Shown here in pieces: positions 36,900 to 46,622 of a stretch of DNA of 64,000 nucleotides. Made by a program: the position numbers and the translations under genes. This stretch comes from Spirochaetia bacterium (GTDB taxonomy: Bacteria > Spirochaetota > Spirochaetia > DSM-2461), in NCBI GenBank assembly GCA_963666985.2, contig CAXXIA010000002.1, forward strand, positions 1,504,001 to 1,568,000, written 5' to 3'. The notes under the pieces were generated by a model. That model was not told where the DNA came from. It was given only the letters and a program-made list of their open reading frames with translations, and ran no database searches. Position 1 is the stretch's first letter. Each line of letters opens with the position of its first letter.

Positions 36900-38168
36900 C
36901 TAGTAGCCGCCCAGTCTCTTGTATTCCTTTTCCATATTCGCGGAATACTCGGACGGCGTTATGGCACCCGCCAAAAGATCCTGACCGTTGATGCACATCA
37001 CATCCCACATGCCGTTGGGAAGATAGGCACGGTCCAGGTAGGGGAAAATCCGGATATCCTCGAAGCGCTCGTACTCGCTCTGGAGGTCGCCCAGGGACGG
37101 TTCCACTCCGCTCAGACCCGCGGGGATGCCGTTGGCTTCGGCCACTTTCCGCAGATTCTCGGGACGGGCGAAGAAATCGACGAACGTAAGGGCGGCGTCG
37201 AGGCTCTTCGAATCCTTCCAGACGGCCCATGTGGTTCTCTCGCCGCCCACGAATGTGGGATCGTCACCGGGATAGTACGCGGGTATGGGCATCATTCCCG
37301 CTTCGAAGTCGGGATTGATCTTCTTAATCTCGCTGATGATGTACGCGCCGTAGCAGCCGCCGATGGCCGCCTTGCCCGTCGCCAGGGCCGATACCGAATC
37401 GGAGTATTTTGATGTGAGGATGTCGGGATTCAGATAACCGAGTTCCTTAAGCTTCAGGAAATTCTCCGAAATTTCATCGTACAAACTCCAGTCGAAGGAA
37501 CCGTCCAGGAATTCCTCCCTGTAGTCGTGAGCGGGATCGCTGACATAGTAGCCGGTGGAATTGAAATCGTAGTAGCCGCCGATGGGCCAGGAATCGCCGC
37601 CGCCGTAATGGAGAGGAACGATTGTTCCGTTACTCTTCTTCACGATCTGTGCGCACACTTCAAGCAATTCGTCGAAATTCCGGGGCACATCGAGGCCGTA
37701 GGAGTCAAACAGGCCCTTGTTGTAGGTCATGCCCGTAATATCAAGGTCCATGGGAAGAGCGCACAGAGCGCCTTTGTCGTCGGTGATGATATCCCGGATG
37801 GAATCCTTCACCTTGCCGGCCCAGTCCCGGCCGCTCAAATCATAGGTGTATTCGCCGTACCGCATCACGGCCCAGCCATGCGTGGAAAAAACATCGGGAA
37901 GATCGTTTGACGCCATTTTGACCTTCATCATGCTCTCGTAGTCTTTGCCGATGGACTGGTAATCGACTTCAATACCGGGGAATTCGGCTTCGAACGCCTC
38001 GGTAATGCCTTCGATAATGCCCAAAGCAATCTGATGCTGGTTGTTGAACACGGTGATGGAACCGTTGTTTTCATCTCCGCCGGAATCGGAGGCGCCGCCG
38101 GCAAATCCGCTCATCGTTACCGCAAGCGCCAAGGCCGCAATAAGAAAACTCCTATAACAGTGTTTCAT
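36900..38168 (-). CDS. Sugar ABC transporter solute-binding protein (MsmE-like)
   Basis: Signal peptide ending FAGG, FEAEFPGI, LPDVF, YNKGLF; AAGGAG RBS. Confidence 0.9.
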   Translation of the reverse strand: MKHCYRSFLIAALALAVTMSGFAGGASDSGGDENNGSITVFNNQHQIALGIIEGITEAFEAEFPGIEVDYQSIGKDYESMMKVKMASNDLPDVFSTHGWAVMRYGEYTYDLSGRDWAGKVKDSIRDIITDDKGALCALPMDLDITGMTYNKGLFDSYGLDVPRNFDELLEVCAQIVKKSNGTIVPLHYGGGDSWPIGGYYDFNSTGYYVSDPAHDYREEFLDGSFDWSLYDEISENFLKLKELGYLNPDILTSKYSDSVSALATGKAAIGGCYGAYIISEIKKINPDFEAGMMPIPAYYPGDDPTFVGGERTTWAVWKDSKSLDAALTFVDFFARPENLRKVAEANGIPAGLSGVEPSLGDLQSEYERFEDIRIFPYLDRAYLPNGMWDVMCINGQDLLAGAITPSEYSANMEKEYKRLGGY

Positions 38169-38375
38169 GAGATACTCCTTTTGGTTTTCATTTCATGATG
38201 AAGGAGCACCGAACGGCGGGAAAGTGCATCATTCCTTGAATTCAGGTGCACATTTCTACGGTTTTTCCGTTTCGCCATGGTGCTTTTCAAGGGAAAATCC
38301 ATTTTCCCGGCCTCTGGCGATAACGGCGGGAACCGGCTAGAGTTCCCGGGAACACACTCTCTCAGGAGGTTCTTC

Positions 38376-39365
38376 ATGAAGAAATATATATTAGTCATTC
38401 CTCTGCTCTTGGCGTCGGTATCCCTTTTCGCCCGTGCCGCCGGAGAGCCCGCGGCCGATTCGGCTGAAGAACCCATCGTCGTGAAATTCGTCACACCCGC
38501 CGGCTTCACCGCGATATCCCTTGCCGAAATGATCGCCGATAACCCGCAATTCGCCGGAAAGATTTCGGTGGAATACGAGGTGGTTGATTCGCCGGATCTG
38601 ATTGCCGGAAAAATTCTCTCCGGCGAGGCGGATATGATGCTTGCCCCGACCAACCTGGGGGCCACTTTGTACAACAAAGGCGAGGACATCGTACTGGCCG
38701 GTTCGGTGATTTGGGGTTTGCTCTATGTGGTAACGACCGAAGATATCACCGGCTGGGACGGCCTTAAGGGCCGGGAGGTTTCAACTTTCGGGCGGGGACT
38801 GACTCCGGACATCGTCTTCCGCTACCTCCTGGAAGCGGCGGGCCTTGTACCCGATGAAGATGTTACGCTTACCTACGTGCAGAACACGGCCGAACTCGGC
38901 CCCTTGTTCATTTCAGGACGGACAACCCTGGCCCTGCTTCCCGAGCCCGTGCTGACAATCGTTCGCGGCAAGGTTCCCGATGCCCGTATTCTTCTGGATC
39001 TCCAGAAAGAATGGGCCGCGTCTTCCGGTACGGCAAACAGTTACCCTCAAGCCTCCCTGTTCGTCCGCCGGGCCCTTGCCGACGGCAATCCGGAATTTCT
39101 TAATTCCTTCACGGCCGAATACCAGGCGTCGATCGATCGGATCCTCGCCGATCCGAAAGCGGCGGGGATAAAAGCGGCAGCCTTCCTGGAATCCCCTCCG
39201 GCTCCGGTTATCGCCGCATCCATCCCCGGCGGAAACCTTGCGTGGGTATCCGCCTCGGAAGCCCGATCCTCCATTGAAAAATATCTGGGAGTGCTTTTCG
39301 ATTACGCGCCGAACACCATCGGAGGAAAGCTTCCCGACGGCGGTTTTTATCTCAAAGAGAGATAA
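38376..39365 (+). CDS. NitT/TauT/SsuA-type ABC substrate-binding protein (no adjacent permease)
   Basis: Signal peptide, GEAD...PTN, WGLLY, TPD, LLPEP, IGGKLPD; AGGAGG RBS. Confidence 0.82.
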   Translation: MKKYILVIPLLLASVSLFARAAGEPAADSAEEPIVVKFVTPAGFTAISLAEMIADNPQFAGKISVEYEVVDSPDLIAGKILSGEADMMLAPTNLGATLYNKGEDIVLAGSVIWGLLYVVTTEDITGWDGLKGREVSTFGRGLTPDIVFRYLLEAAGLVPDEDVTLTYVQNTAELGPLFISGRTTLALLPEPVLTIVRGKVPDARILLDLQKEWAASSGTANSYPQASLFVRRALADGNPEFLNSFTAEYQASIDRILADPKAAGIKAAAFLESPPAPVIAASIPGGNLAWVSASEARSSIEKYLGVLFDYAPNTIGGKLPDGGFYLKER

Positions 39366-39370
39366 GGTGA

Positions 39371-39395
39371 CTTCAAAAATCAGCGATTTTTGAAG
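39371..39395. repeat. REP-like palindrome
   Basis: CTTCAAAAATC-AGC-GATTTTTGAAG; 16-nt core recurs inverted at 62373-62388. Confidence 0.7.
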
Positions 39396-39551
39396 CAAGG
39401 CTCTTCTCGCGCGAGTTCCGAGGAATTTCGGCTATCGAATATAAAAACACCGGATAAGACGGCTTTGACGCCTCCCATCCGGTGTTTCTTTTACAAAGGC
39501 AGCTTAATTACATCTGCTTCTTTCAATAACCGTCCGCGAGAAAACCGCGCT

Positions 39552-40850
39552 TTAAAATTTCATCTTCACCATCATATTGGCGCCGACATCTTCGAAGTTC
39601 TGTTTTGCCTTCACTTCAAGGAATGTTTCGATAAACTTGAAATCCACTCCCGCGCCCAGCGTGATGTACTCCAGGTAATAGCTGGCTCCCACGTCCAGGA
39701 ATCCCAGGAACCGGACATTGGCCCCAAGGCGCATATGTCTGAGGAAGGTACTGGAATCGGTTTGATAAAAATCCTTAAGACTCGAATAATCACCGTCTCC
39801 GTATTCACGGGCCATGCCGACGATATCATAAAAATCCAAACTGAATTTAGGCCGGATGCCCCGCCAGTCCGGCTGCCAGGTCATACCCGCGCTGAAATCG
39901 AAATTCCAGGCGTAGCCGCCCGACGGACCGTCGATATCTCCGGAAAGGAACTGGTCGATAGTACCGGATCCCATATCTTCCTCCGGAGTAACCGAACCGA
40001 TGATATCGCTGAAAAGCACGGCGAAGGTCAGGCTGTTGATCGGCTCCCAAATGGCACCGGCATCGACGCCCCAGGCATAACCGTACAGAATTTGCTGATT
40101 CATCGCGTCGCTTACGTCAAAGGCATACGCCGGATTGTCGGCCAGAAGAAGAGCGAATTTCCCGCTGACTCCCAAACTGAAGGGGCCGAGGTCGAATCCG
40201 TAACCGGTCACGGCTCCCAGCTCGAAAATCATATCCTCGATTCCCTGAGCTCCCAGGGAATAAAGGGCGTAATCATTGTTATAAATTCCGAATCCGAATC
40301 CCTTGATGAGTGTTCCGAGGCGAAGTTCGGCCTCAACCGAGTAATTCACCTCATCGAACTGTTCCATCAGAAGAGTTTGAAGGCCATCGGCGCCTCCTCC
40401 GCTCTCAAAGTTGGCGGCGATTGTGTCCAGATCGGACTGACTTACCGTCGACCAGTCGGTTGATTGGGCCGTTTCAAGATCCATCGTTGAAATAGTGGTT
40501 CCCGCCGTCAAATCGTCCAAAGTCGACTGATCGATATTCTCGACAATCAAGGACATCAGCTCCTCGGCGTCGTCTTGAGATAAATCCCCGTCGGCCATGC
40601 CCTGCATCACCTCAAGACTGTCCTTGAGCAGCTTGTAGTTCTTCAGCTTGCCCCAGGTACCGCCTTCAAGATCCAATGAGAAGATTTGAGTCTGCCCGGA
40701 AATCCCCGCGGGATTCACGAACAGCGAATCAAAACCGTCCCTATCGGCAAGATACGGATCGTATCCTTTCAGACTTTGTTCCAGTAATGTTCCGGCGAAC
40801 ACGGTCGTCGCGGCTATGAGGAAAAAGAGAGAGAATACAATTTTCTTCAC
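39552..40850 (-). CDS. Probable outer-membrane beta-barrel (FadL/TraF-like NPAG plug motif)
   Basis: Signal peptide from GTG 40850 (AGGAGG RBS), SLFVNPAG, amphipathic strands, C-terminal Phe. Confidence 0.7.
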   Translation of the reverse strand: MKKIVFSLFFLIAATTVFAGTLLEQSLKGYDPYLADRDGFDSLFVNPAGISGQTQIFSLDLEGGTWGKLKNYKLLKDSLEVMQGMADGDLSQDDAEELMSLIVENIDQSTLDDLTAGTTISTMDLETAQSTDWSTVSQSDLDTIAANFESGGGADGLQTLLMEQFDEVNYSVEAELRLGTLIKGFGFGIYNNDYALYSLGAQGIEDMIFELGAVTGYGFDLGPFSLGVSGKFALLLADNPAYAFDVSDAMNQQILYGYAWGVDAGAIWEPINSLTFAVLFSDIIGSVTPEEDMGSGTIDQFLSGDIDGPSGGYAWNFDFSAGMTWQPDWRGIRPKFSLDFYDIVGMAREYGDGDYSSLKDFYQTDSSTFLRHMRLGANVRFLGFLDVGASYYLEYITLGAGVDFKFIETFLEVKAKQNFEDVGANMMVKMKF

Positions 40851-40968
40851 GAAGCACCTCCTGCGCCGTCGGCTTTCGAGCCGAAAACAACGCTTGTTTG
40901 GAAATTCTAACGTGTGATTCCGCAATATTCCACTTATTTAATACTCGTTAACCGAATCCGTTGTTTTC

Positions 40969-40997
40969 TTGACACCCTCGCTCCGAACGTCCATAAT
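40969..40997 (+). promoter_or_regulatory. Sigma-70-type promoter of the lipid kinase gene
   Basis: TTGACA-N17-CATAAT, 8 nt before GTG 41006. Confidence 0.75.
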
Positions 40998-41005
40998 CAC
41001 GCTCC

Positions 41006-42088
41006 GTGAGCCCGGAAACAAAAAACGATGTCGTTCTCAGCCGTCATATCGCCGATTTCGCCGCAATTACTCGCAAACTTCTGCATAGCTCCGATCTTTT
41101 TATAGAAGAGGGCGCCGTGGTTGAGGTTCTGGTGAATCCGGCCTCCGGACTGCTGAAACGGGGATTGGCCCATCAGCGCATGATGCGCTATTTGAAGCGT
41201 CTGGCGGAAATCCGCTGCACGTCGGATACGCCCAGAGACGGACTGGAAATCAGGTTTCATGAAACCGAAAGCCGCGATCAGGCGGGAATAACGGCCGTAC
41301 GGCTGGTCAGGGACTTGGCGGCGTCGTCAAAACCCGGCAAACGCCTGCTCATCCTGGCGGGCGGCGACGGCTTTCACAACGACATCAGCAGTGCTCTCCT
41401 CAGAGATGTTCCGGACATCATGAAAGACATCATCCTCTTCCGGCTTCCGATGGGTACCGGCAATGATAATTCCGACGCCGCCACCGTGGAGGAGGCCATT
41501 GCCATCCTGGGATCGGCAAACGATACCCGGAAAGATTCCATTATCGAAGTAAAAACCGCCCGAAACATCCTGCATTACGCTTTCAACGTCGTCAGTTTCG
41601 GCATGGATGCTTATATCTGTGAACTCACCAATAAAATGAAATCCCTGGCGGGGCCCAGGTTCGTCTATAAAATTTCAACGGATCTGGCCGTTCTCTTTTA
41701 TGAACGGTTCTGGCCGCTGAAACCCTGGAACATCACCATTACCGGTCCGAAAGGAACGGTGAAGCGTGCCGGTACTTTTCTTCTGACGGTCTTCGGCCGA
41801 AAAGGCCATACGAACTTCGGCGGCGGAATGAAAGTGCTTCCGGGTCATGAAAATTTCGTTCTGATTAAACCGATGAGTCTTATGCGGAAAATCGGACTGA
41901 AGCCGCTCTTTTATCGCGGCGCCCACCGCGGCCTTCCCATAGCCGAGTTTTTTGAAGCCGACGCGCTGGAGATGGATCGCGAAAGCGGCATTCAAATGGA
42001 AATGGACGGAGAGACCGCCTTTCTTGAGGCCGCCGATTTTCCGCTCCGCATCCGCCGCATTCCCGATATGCTCACGATTCTAACATAG
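41006..42088 (+). CDS. Diacylglycerol/lipid kinase family protein
   Basis: VNPASG, AGGDG, LPMGTGND, FGGGM, DGE. Confidence 0.88.
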   Translation: MSPETKNDVVLSRHIADFAAITRKLLHSSDLFIEEGAVVEVLVNPASGLLKRGLAHQRMMRYLKRLAEIRCTSDTPRDGLEIRFHETESRDQAGITAVRLVRDLAASSKPGKRLLILAGGDGFHNDISSALLRDVPDIMKDIILFRLPMGTGNDNSDAATVEEAIAILGSANDTRKDSIIEVKTARNILHYAFNVVSFGMDAYICELTNKMKSLAGPRFVYKISTDLAVLFYERFWPLKPWNITITGPKGTVKRAGTFLLTVFGRKGHTNFGGGMKVLPGHENFVLIKPMSLMRKIGLKPLFYRGAHRGLPIAEFFEADALEMDRESGIQMEMDGETAFLEAADFPLRIRRIPDMLTILT

Positions 42089-42271
42089 CCGCGGCTGCGA
42101 TACAGCGAGAAGAAATCCGCTCGGCTCGGGATTCCGTGTTCTCCGGAATCCGACTCTTTCAAATTCCGCGCTTGTCCTTTTTCATTTAAAAATCATGTTC
42201 GCGTTTTATCCGCAGGAAATCCTCCTCCGACCTGTCTTCTGAGACAGTCAGGCGCTCTTGAACGCCGAGAC

Positions 42272-42328
42272 TTGACAAAACATCAATACATACCTACCTT
42301 AAGTATGCATCATACCTAAGGTAGGTAT
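42272..42328 (+). promoter_or_regulatory. Promoter with overlapping TetR operator
   Basis: TTGACA-N17-TACCTT; inverted repeat ATACCTACCTTAAGTATG-cat-CATACCTAAGGTAGGTAT (42290-42328, 1 mismatch). Confidence 0.8.
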
Positions 42329-42335
42329 CCTAATA

Positions 42336-42962
42336 ATGGTAAGACCGAACAACACAAAAGAACTCTTGGAAATCAAAGCCCTGCAGTTCTTCGCGGAAAA
42401 TGATTATGAACACGCCTCACTCAACGACATCGCACGGGCCCTGGGGGTAACAAAAGGTGCGATTTACCACTATTTCACGGGAAAAGACGATTTGTTCAAA
42501 GCCAGCGTTACCCGGCTGCTGGATGTTATGGAGGAATGGTTCGGCACATCCCTGCCGGATGACTACCCTCTGAAAACGCTGCTCGAAGAACTCTTTAAGA
42601 TTGAGGAAACCTTGGAAAACATGTCGGTTTCCACCTCCCTGGGTCCCGCCGTTACCGAATACATGAACACCATGTACTTGTTCCTTACCGTCCTGAAAAA
42701 ATTTCCGGAACTCACGGAACGGCTGGATGGAATCTATGTGAAATTTCGCAAAAACCTCGAAAACTTATTGGCGGCCGCGGCGGCACGGGGAGACATTCGC
42801 GCGGATACGGATTTTGAAGCGGTGGCTTATGAAATCACGGCCTTCTATGAAGGCGCGCTTCTTCTCGGAGGATTTTCTCAAAAGAAGGAATATGCAGATC
42901 TGGCCCCTCGGGTTTTCGAAGCGATGTGGAAACAAATCGCCGTTGAAAATCCGAAGGAGTGA
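42336..42962 (+). CDS. TetR/AcrR-family regulator
   Basis: SLNDIARALGVTKGAIYHYF-x-GKDDLF. Confidence 0.94.
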   Translation: MVRPNNTKELLEIKALQFFAENDYEHASLNDIARALGVTKGAIYHYFTGKDDLFKASVTRLLDVMEEWFGTSLPDDYPLKTLLEELFKIEETLENMSVSTSLGPAVTEYMNTMYLFLTVLKKFPELTERLDGIYVKFRKNLENLLAAAAARGDIRADTDFEAVAYEITAFYEGALLLGGFSQKKEYADLAPRVFEAMWKQIAVENPKE

Positions 42963-43050
42963 TGGAAAACCTCTCCGGCGGCGAGCCGGAGAATCCCGAA
43001 GAACCGATAAAACCGGAGGCGAAAAGAATGCGCATCCGAGGAGGAAAGAA

Positions 43051-45837
43051 ATGAAACAAATGAAGAAAGGAGGAACGGCCCTCTCACGATGGGCCGAATG
43101 GGCCGGTTCGAATCCCGGAAAGGTTCTGCTCATCACATTGGCGGTAACCGCGATTTTATCCATCGGGGCGGCGATGGTTAAAATGGAGATGACCTTTTAT
43201 TCCATCATGCCCAAGAACTCCGTCCAAGTGACGGATATGGAAAAAATTACGGAGGAATTCCCGTTCGCCTCGTCTCTGGTGGCGGTTGTGGACGGTCGAA
43301 ACCTGCCGCCGGAACAGGCCAAAGCCACCGTTATCTCCGTTATTGATGCACTCTCGGAAGACTTTTCCGCGCCGGAATACGCCGATGCCGTTTCGGGCGT
43401 GTACGGTACGATCAATGTCGATTTTCTTGAGGAACACGGCCTTATTCTGGCAAAACCGGATGTTTTGGACCGCATGACCAGGCTCTACGCCGATACCGCT
43501 TTGCTTCCTTTCATAACGGCCCTGAACAACGATCTTGAACGGGAATATTCGGGCGACGGAGAAGCGCTGGAAGACGACGAGGCTCAGCTTGTTTCCTGGA
43601 CCGGCGGTATCGGCCGTATCCTCGGCGGTCTGGCCGACTCTCTCGGCGGCGATGTTCCGGAAAAAGAAGAAATCGACGCGGCCCTTCGGGCCTATCTCAT
43701 CGGCGACCCCTATTACTTAAGCCGCTCCGAGAACATGGGGCTTCTGTTCATCAATCCGACCTATACGATTAACGATCTGAATCCTCTGGTCCGGCAGACG
43801 GACCGGATTGAGAGGCATTGCAAAAAAATCGCGGCCGAATACGGCGCTTCGGCCGGACTGACCGGGCTCACCGTGGTGGGCAGAGACGAAATGAAAACCT
43901 CCGAACAGGGATTCGGACTTTCAATGATGCTGGCCGTGGTACTCATTCTTCTTTTGATGATCATCATATTCCGCATCCGTTCCACCCCGCTCATTATCGG
44001 AATACCGCTTCTTCTCGGCGTTTACTGGACCGCGGGCCTGACGGGATTTACAATCCGCCGGCTGAACATCCTCACCGCGATGTACCTGGTGGCCCTGATC
44101 GGTCTGGGGGTGGATTACGCGATACACATGCTCACCGGTTTCGTCCAGGAACGCGACGGCGGGAAAGACTTCAGCGCCGCTCTGGGCGCCGCTTTCGCCA
44201 AAAGCGGCCGGGGCATCATCACCGGCGCCCTCACCACGGCCGCCGCATTCTTCGCTCTGCTCATGGCCGAAAGCGACATTATCCGGGAACTCGCCCTGGT
44301 GGCGGGCATGGGCATTCTCTGCGAACTCATCGCCATGCTGCTGCTGATTCCCGCTCTTCTGGGACTTCGCCGTCGGCGTTTGGAACGGCGGAGAAAAACC
44401 GATCCCATGCTGATCCGCAAACGCGCCGTCCGTTCGGATTTCACGGCCGGACTGGGAGGTGTGGTTACCGCCCGGCCGGGACTCATCGTTATAATTCTCC
44501 TGCTGACGGGCACGCTTCTGGCGGTTCAAAGTCCGAACGTCGAACTTGAAGACAACCTGATGAACATGGAAGCCGAAGGTCTCGAATCCATTGAACTGCA
44601 GGATCTGATGGTGGAGGAATTCGGCACGGCGCCCGACGTTCTCTACATCATCACCGATGCGGACAATCCGGACATCCTTCCGTCCATGACGGAAAACCTT
44701 GAAGATTTGGAATCGGTGAAAGCCGCAGACGCGGTAACCGACTGGATGCCCACGGAAGCGCAGCTCGCCGAGCGCCGCCCTTATCTCGGCCGAATCCGTA
44801 CGGCTTTGGAGGTGTCCGCCGAAAAAAATCAAGAGGTCCTGCCCGATCCGTATTCGATTCTCGATGAACTCCTGCGCCTGGAAGCCAATCTTATCGAGAT
44901 GGGCGATTTGGCGGTGCTCGGCGGAACAGACCGGGCCGCCCACGCCCTGAACTCGGTAACCGGCCTGGACATGGACGGAAACAAAACGGCCGAAAGCGTG
45001 TTCGACCGTCTCTTTGAAATCCTGGAATCGGCCGATCCCGAGGACTCCGCGAAAGCCCTGGCCGCTTACGATAGGGCCTTCGCGCCGATATTGGCTTCCC
45101 GAGTCCGCGCCATGGCCGAGACCGGCGGGATTACCAAAGAGATGCTGCCCGAAATCGTCCGGGAAACCTTCTTTTCCAAAGACGGGAAGAATACTCTCGT
45201 AACGATTTCTCCGCGGAAAAATCCGTGGGAAGGAGAATTCCGATCGGTCTTCACCTCTCAGGTAAAAACCGTAACCGATCGAAGCACCGGCATGATTCTG
45301 GCGGCCGATCAGCTTATCACCATTGCAGAATCGGACAGCAAAAAGGCGGTCGCCGCGGCTCTTATCGCGGTATTCCTGATCCTTCTCGCGGATTTCCGAA
45401 ACCTCCGGCTCGCGCTGATTACGTTCCTGCCGCTGGGTCTTTCCTTCGGCTCGCTTTTCGGCATCATGGCGCTGACGGGAATCAAATTCGACTTTATCAA
45501 CATCATCTCCATTCCTCTTCTGGTGGGTATCGGAATTGACGATTCGGTGCACATCAACCACAGATACCTTATCGAAGGAAGGGGAAGGATGAAGGAAACT
45601 CTGGCCAAAACCGGCTCCGCGGTTGCGTTAACGACGATAACGACCATGATCGGTTTCTCCTCCTTCATTCCCTCGCTGATGCGGGCCATGCGAAGCACCG
45701 GCATCGTTCTGACTCTCGCCATGGCTCTGGCCTTTCTCTATTCCGTTCTGTTTCATCCGGCGCTTCTTATTCTCGCCGCCGAGCGTCTCGGGTGGAATCT
45801 GAAACCCCGATTCGGAAACAAGGAGACATCAAAATGA
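43051..45837 (+). CDS. MMPL/RND-family (HpnN-like) transporter
   Basis: Two halves with GLGVDYAIH and GIGIDDSVH, ALTT motifs; GAGGAGG RBS. Confidence 0.92.
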   Translation: MKQMKKGGTALSRWAEWAGSNPGKVLLITLAVTAILSIGAAMVKMEMTFYSIMPKNSVQVTDMEKITEEFPFASSLVAVVDGRNLPPEQAKATVISVIDALSEDFSAPEYADAVSGVYGTINVDFLEEHGLILAKPDVLDRMTRLYADTALLPFITALNNDLEREYSGDGEALEDDEAQLVSWTGGIGRILGGLADSLGGDVPEKEEIDAALRAYLIGDPYYLSRSENMGLLFINPTYTINDLNPLVRQTDRIERHCKKIAAEYGASAGLTGLTVVGRDEMKTSEQGFGLSMMLAVVLILLLMIIIFRIRSTPLIIGIPLLLGVYWTAGLTGFTIRRLNILTAMYLVALIGLGVDYAIHMLTGFVQERDGGKDFSAALGAAFAKSGRGIITGALTTAAAFFALLMAESDIIRELALVAGMGILCELIAMLLLIPALLGLRRRRLERRRKTDPMLIRKRAVRSDFTAGLGGVVTARPGLIVIILLLTGTLLAVQSPNVELEDNLMNMEAEGLESIELQDLMVEEFGTAPDVLYIITDADNPDILPSMTENLEDLESVKAADAVTDWMPTEAQLAERRPYLGRIRTALEVSAEKNQEVLPDPYSILDELLRLEANLIEMGDLAVLGGTDRAAHALNSVTGLDMDGNKTAESVFDRLFEILESADPEDSAKALAAYDRAFAPILASRVRAMAETGGITKEMLPEIVRETFFSKDGKNTLVTISPRKNPWEGEFRSVFTSQVKTVTDRSTGMILAADQLITIAESDSKKAVAAALIAVFLILLADFRNLRLALITFLPLGLSFGSLFGIMALTGIKFDFINIISIPLLVGIGIDDSVHINHRYLIEGRGRMKETLAKTGSAVALTTITTMIGFSSFIPSLMRAMRSTGIVLTLAMALAFLYSVLFHPALLILAAERLGWNLKPRFGNKETSK

Positions 45838-46622
45838 CCGAACGAAAAATCCTGAAACGAACCCTTATGACCGCCGCCGTGTTCTTCTTTTTCAACGCGC
45901 TCCTCCCGGCCCAAACCGAAGTATCAGCCGATGCCGTCCTGAAAAAAGCCGACCGGATCTTTGAACTCGATAACGTCTATTCGCGCAGCACGCTCTCCGT
46001 TATCCGCTCCGGCCGCGCGCAGGCGCCGCAGGAAATGGAGAGCTTCGAATCCGACGCGGCCGACGGCTCGGCCCGGTCGCTGACGGTCTTTCGCGCCCCC
46101 GCCCGGGTTCGGGGAACCGCTTACCTGACCGTCGGAGACGATTTGTGGATTCGATTCGCTTCGACCGGACGCATCCGCAAATTAAGTTCATCGGCAAAGA
46201 AGAACTCCGCCGCCGGAAGCGATTTCTCCTATGCGGACATGGGAGACGGAAGCAAAACCTATTCGGATCAATACAATGCCGTTCTCGACGGTTCCGATCG
46301 GCTGGACGGCGCGGACTGCCGCCGATTGGTTCTCACGCCCAAAGCCGATAACCGCGACCTCTACGAGAAGCTTGTTGTGTGGATAACGGAGGAAACCTCT
46401 CTCTACGTGAAAATTGAATACTGGGAAAACGGCGCGGCGATTAAAACGATGCTTTTGGAAGACTACCGCCCGGTCGGCGGCATCGAATATCCCTTCCGCA
46501 TTACCATGCGGAGTCTGGCGCGCGATTCGGAAAGCATTATCGAAACGGAAACACTGGAGTTCGGCAGTTCAAAAGTGGAAGAAGGACTCTTTACAACGGC
46601 GTATTTGGAGGACATCCGATGA
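45834..46622 (+). CDS. LolA-like outer-membrane lipoprotein-sorting protein
   Basis: Signal peptide, F-x-APARVRGTAYL, GSDFSYADM; ATGA overlap with MMPL. Confidence 0.85.
   Translation: MTERKILKRTLMTAAVFFFFNALLPAQTEVSADAVLKKADRIFELDNVYSRSTLSVIRSGRAQAPQEMESFESDAADGSARSLTVFRAPARVRGTAYLTVGDDLWIRFASTGRIRKLSSSAKKNSAAGSDFSYADMGDGSKTYSDQYNAVLDGSDRLDGADCRRLVLTPKADNRDLYEKLVVWITEETSLYVKIEYWENGAAIKTMLLEDYRPVGGIEYPFRITMRSLARDSESIIETETLEFGSSKVEEGLFTTAYLEDIR

Noticed and set aside
38170..38375. TPP or other riboswitch before the NitT/TauT-type SBP
   Set aside because: No conserved riboswitch core recognised by eye
43100..43120. CCGGTTCGAATCCCGG resembling a tRNA T-arm
   Set aside because: Inside the MMPL coding frame (WAGSNPG); no D-arm, anticodon arm or acceptor stem
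43921..45561. 546-aa minus-strand ORF
   Set aside because: Antisense shadow of the MMPL gene
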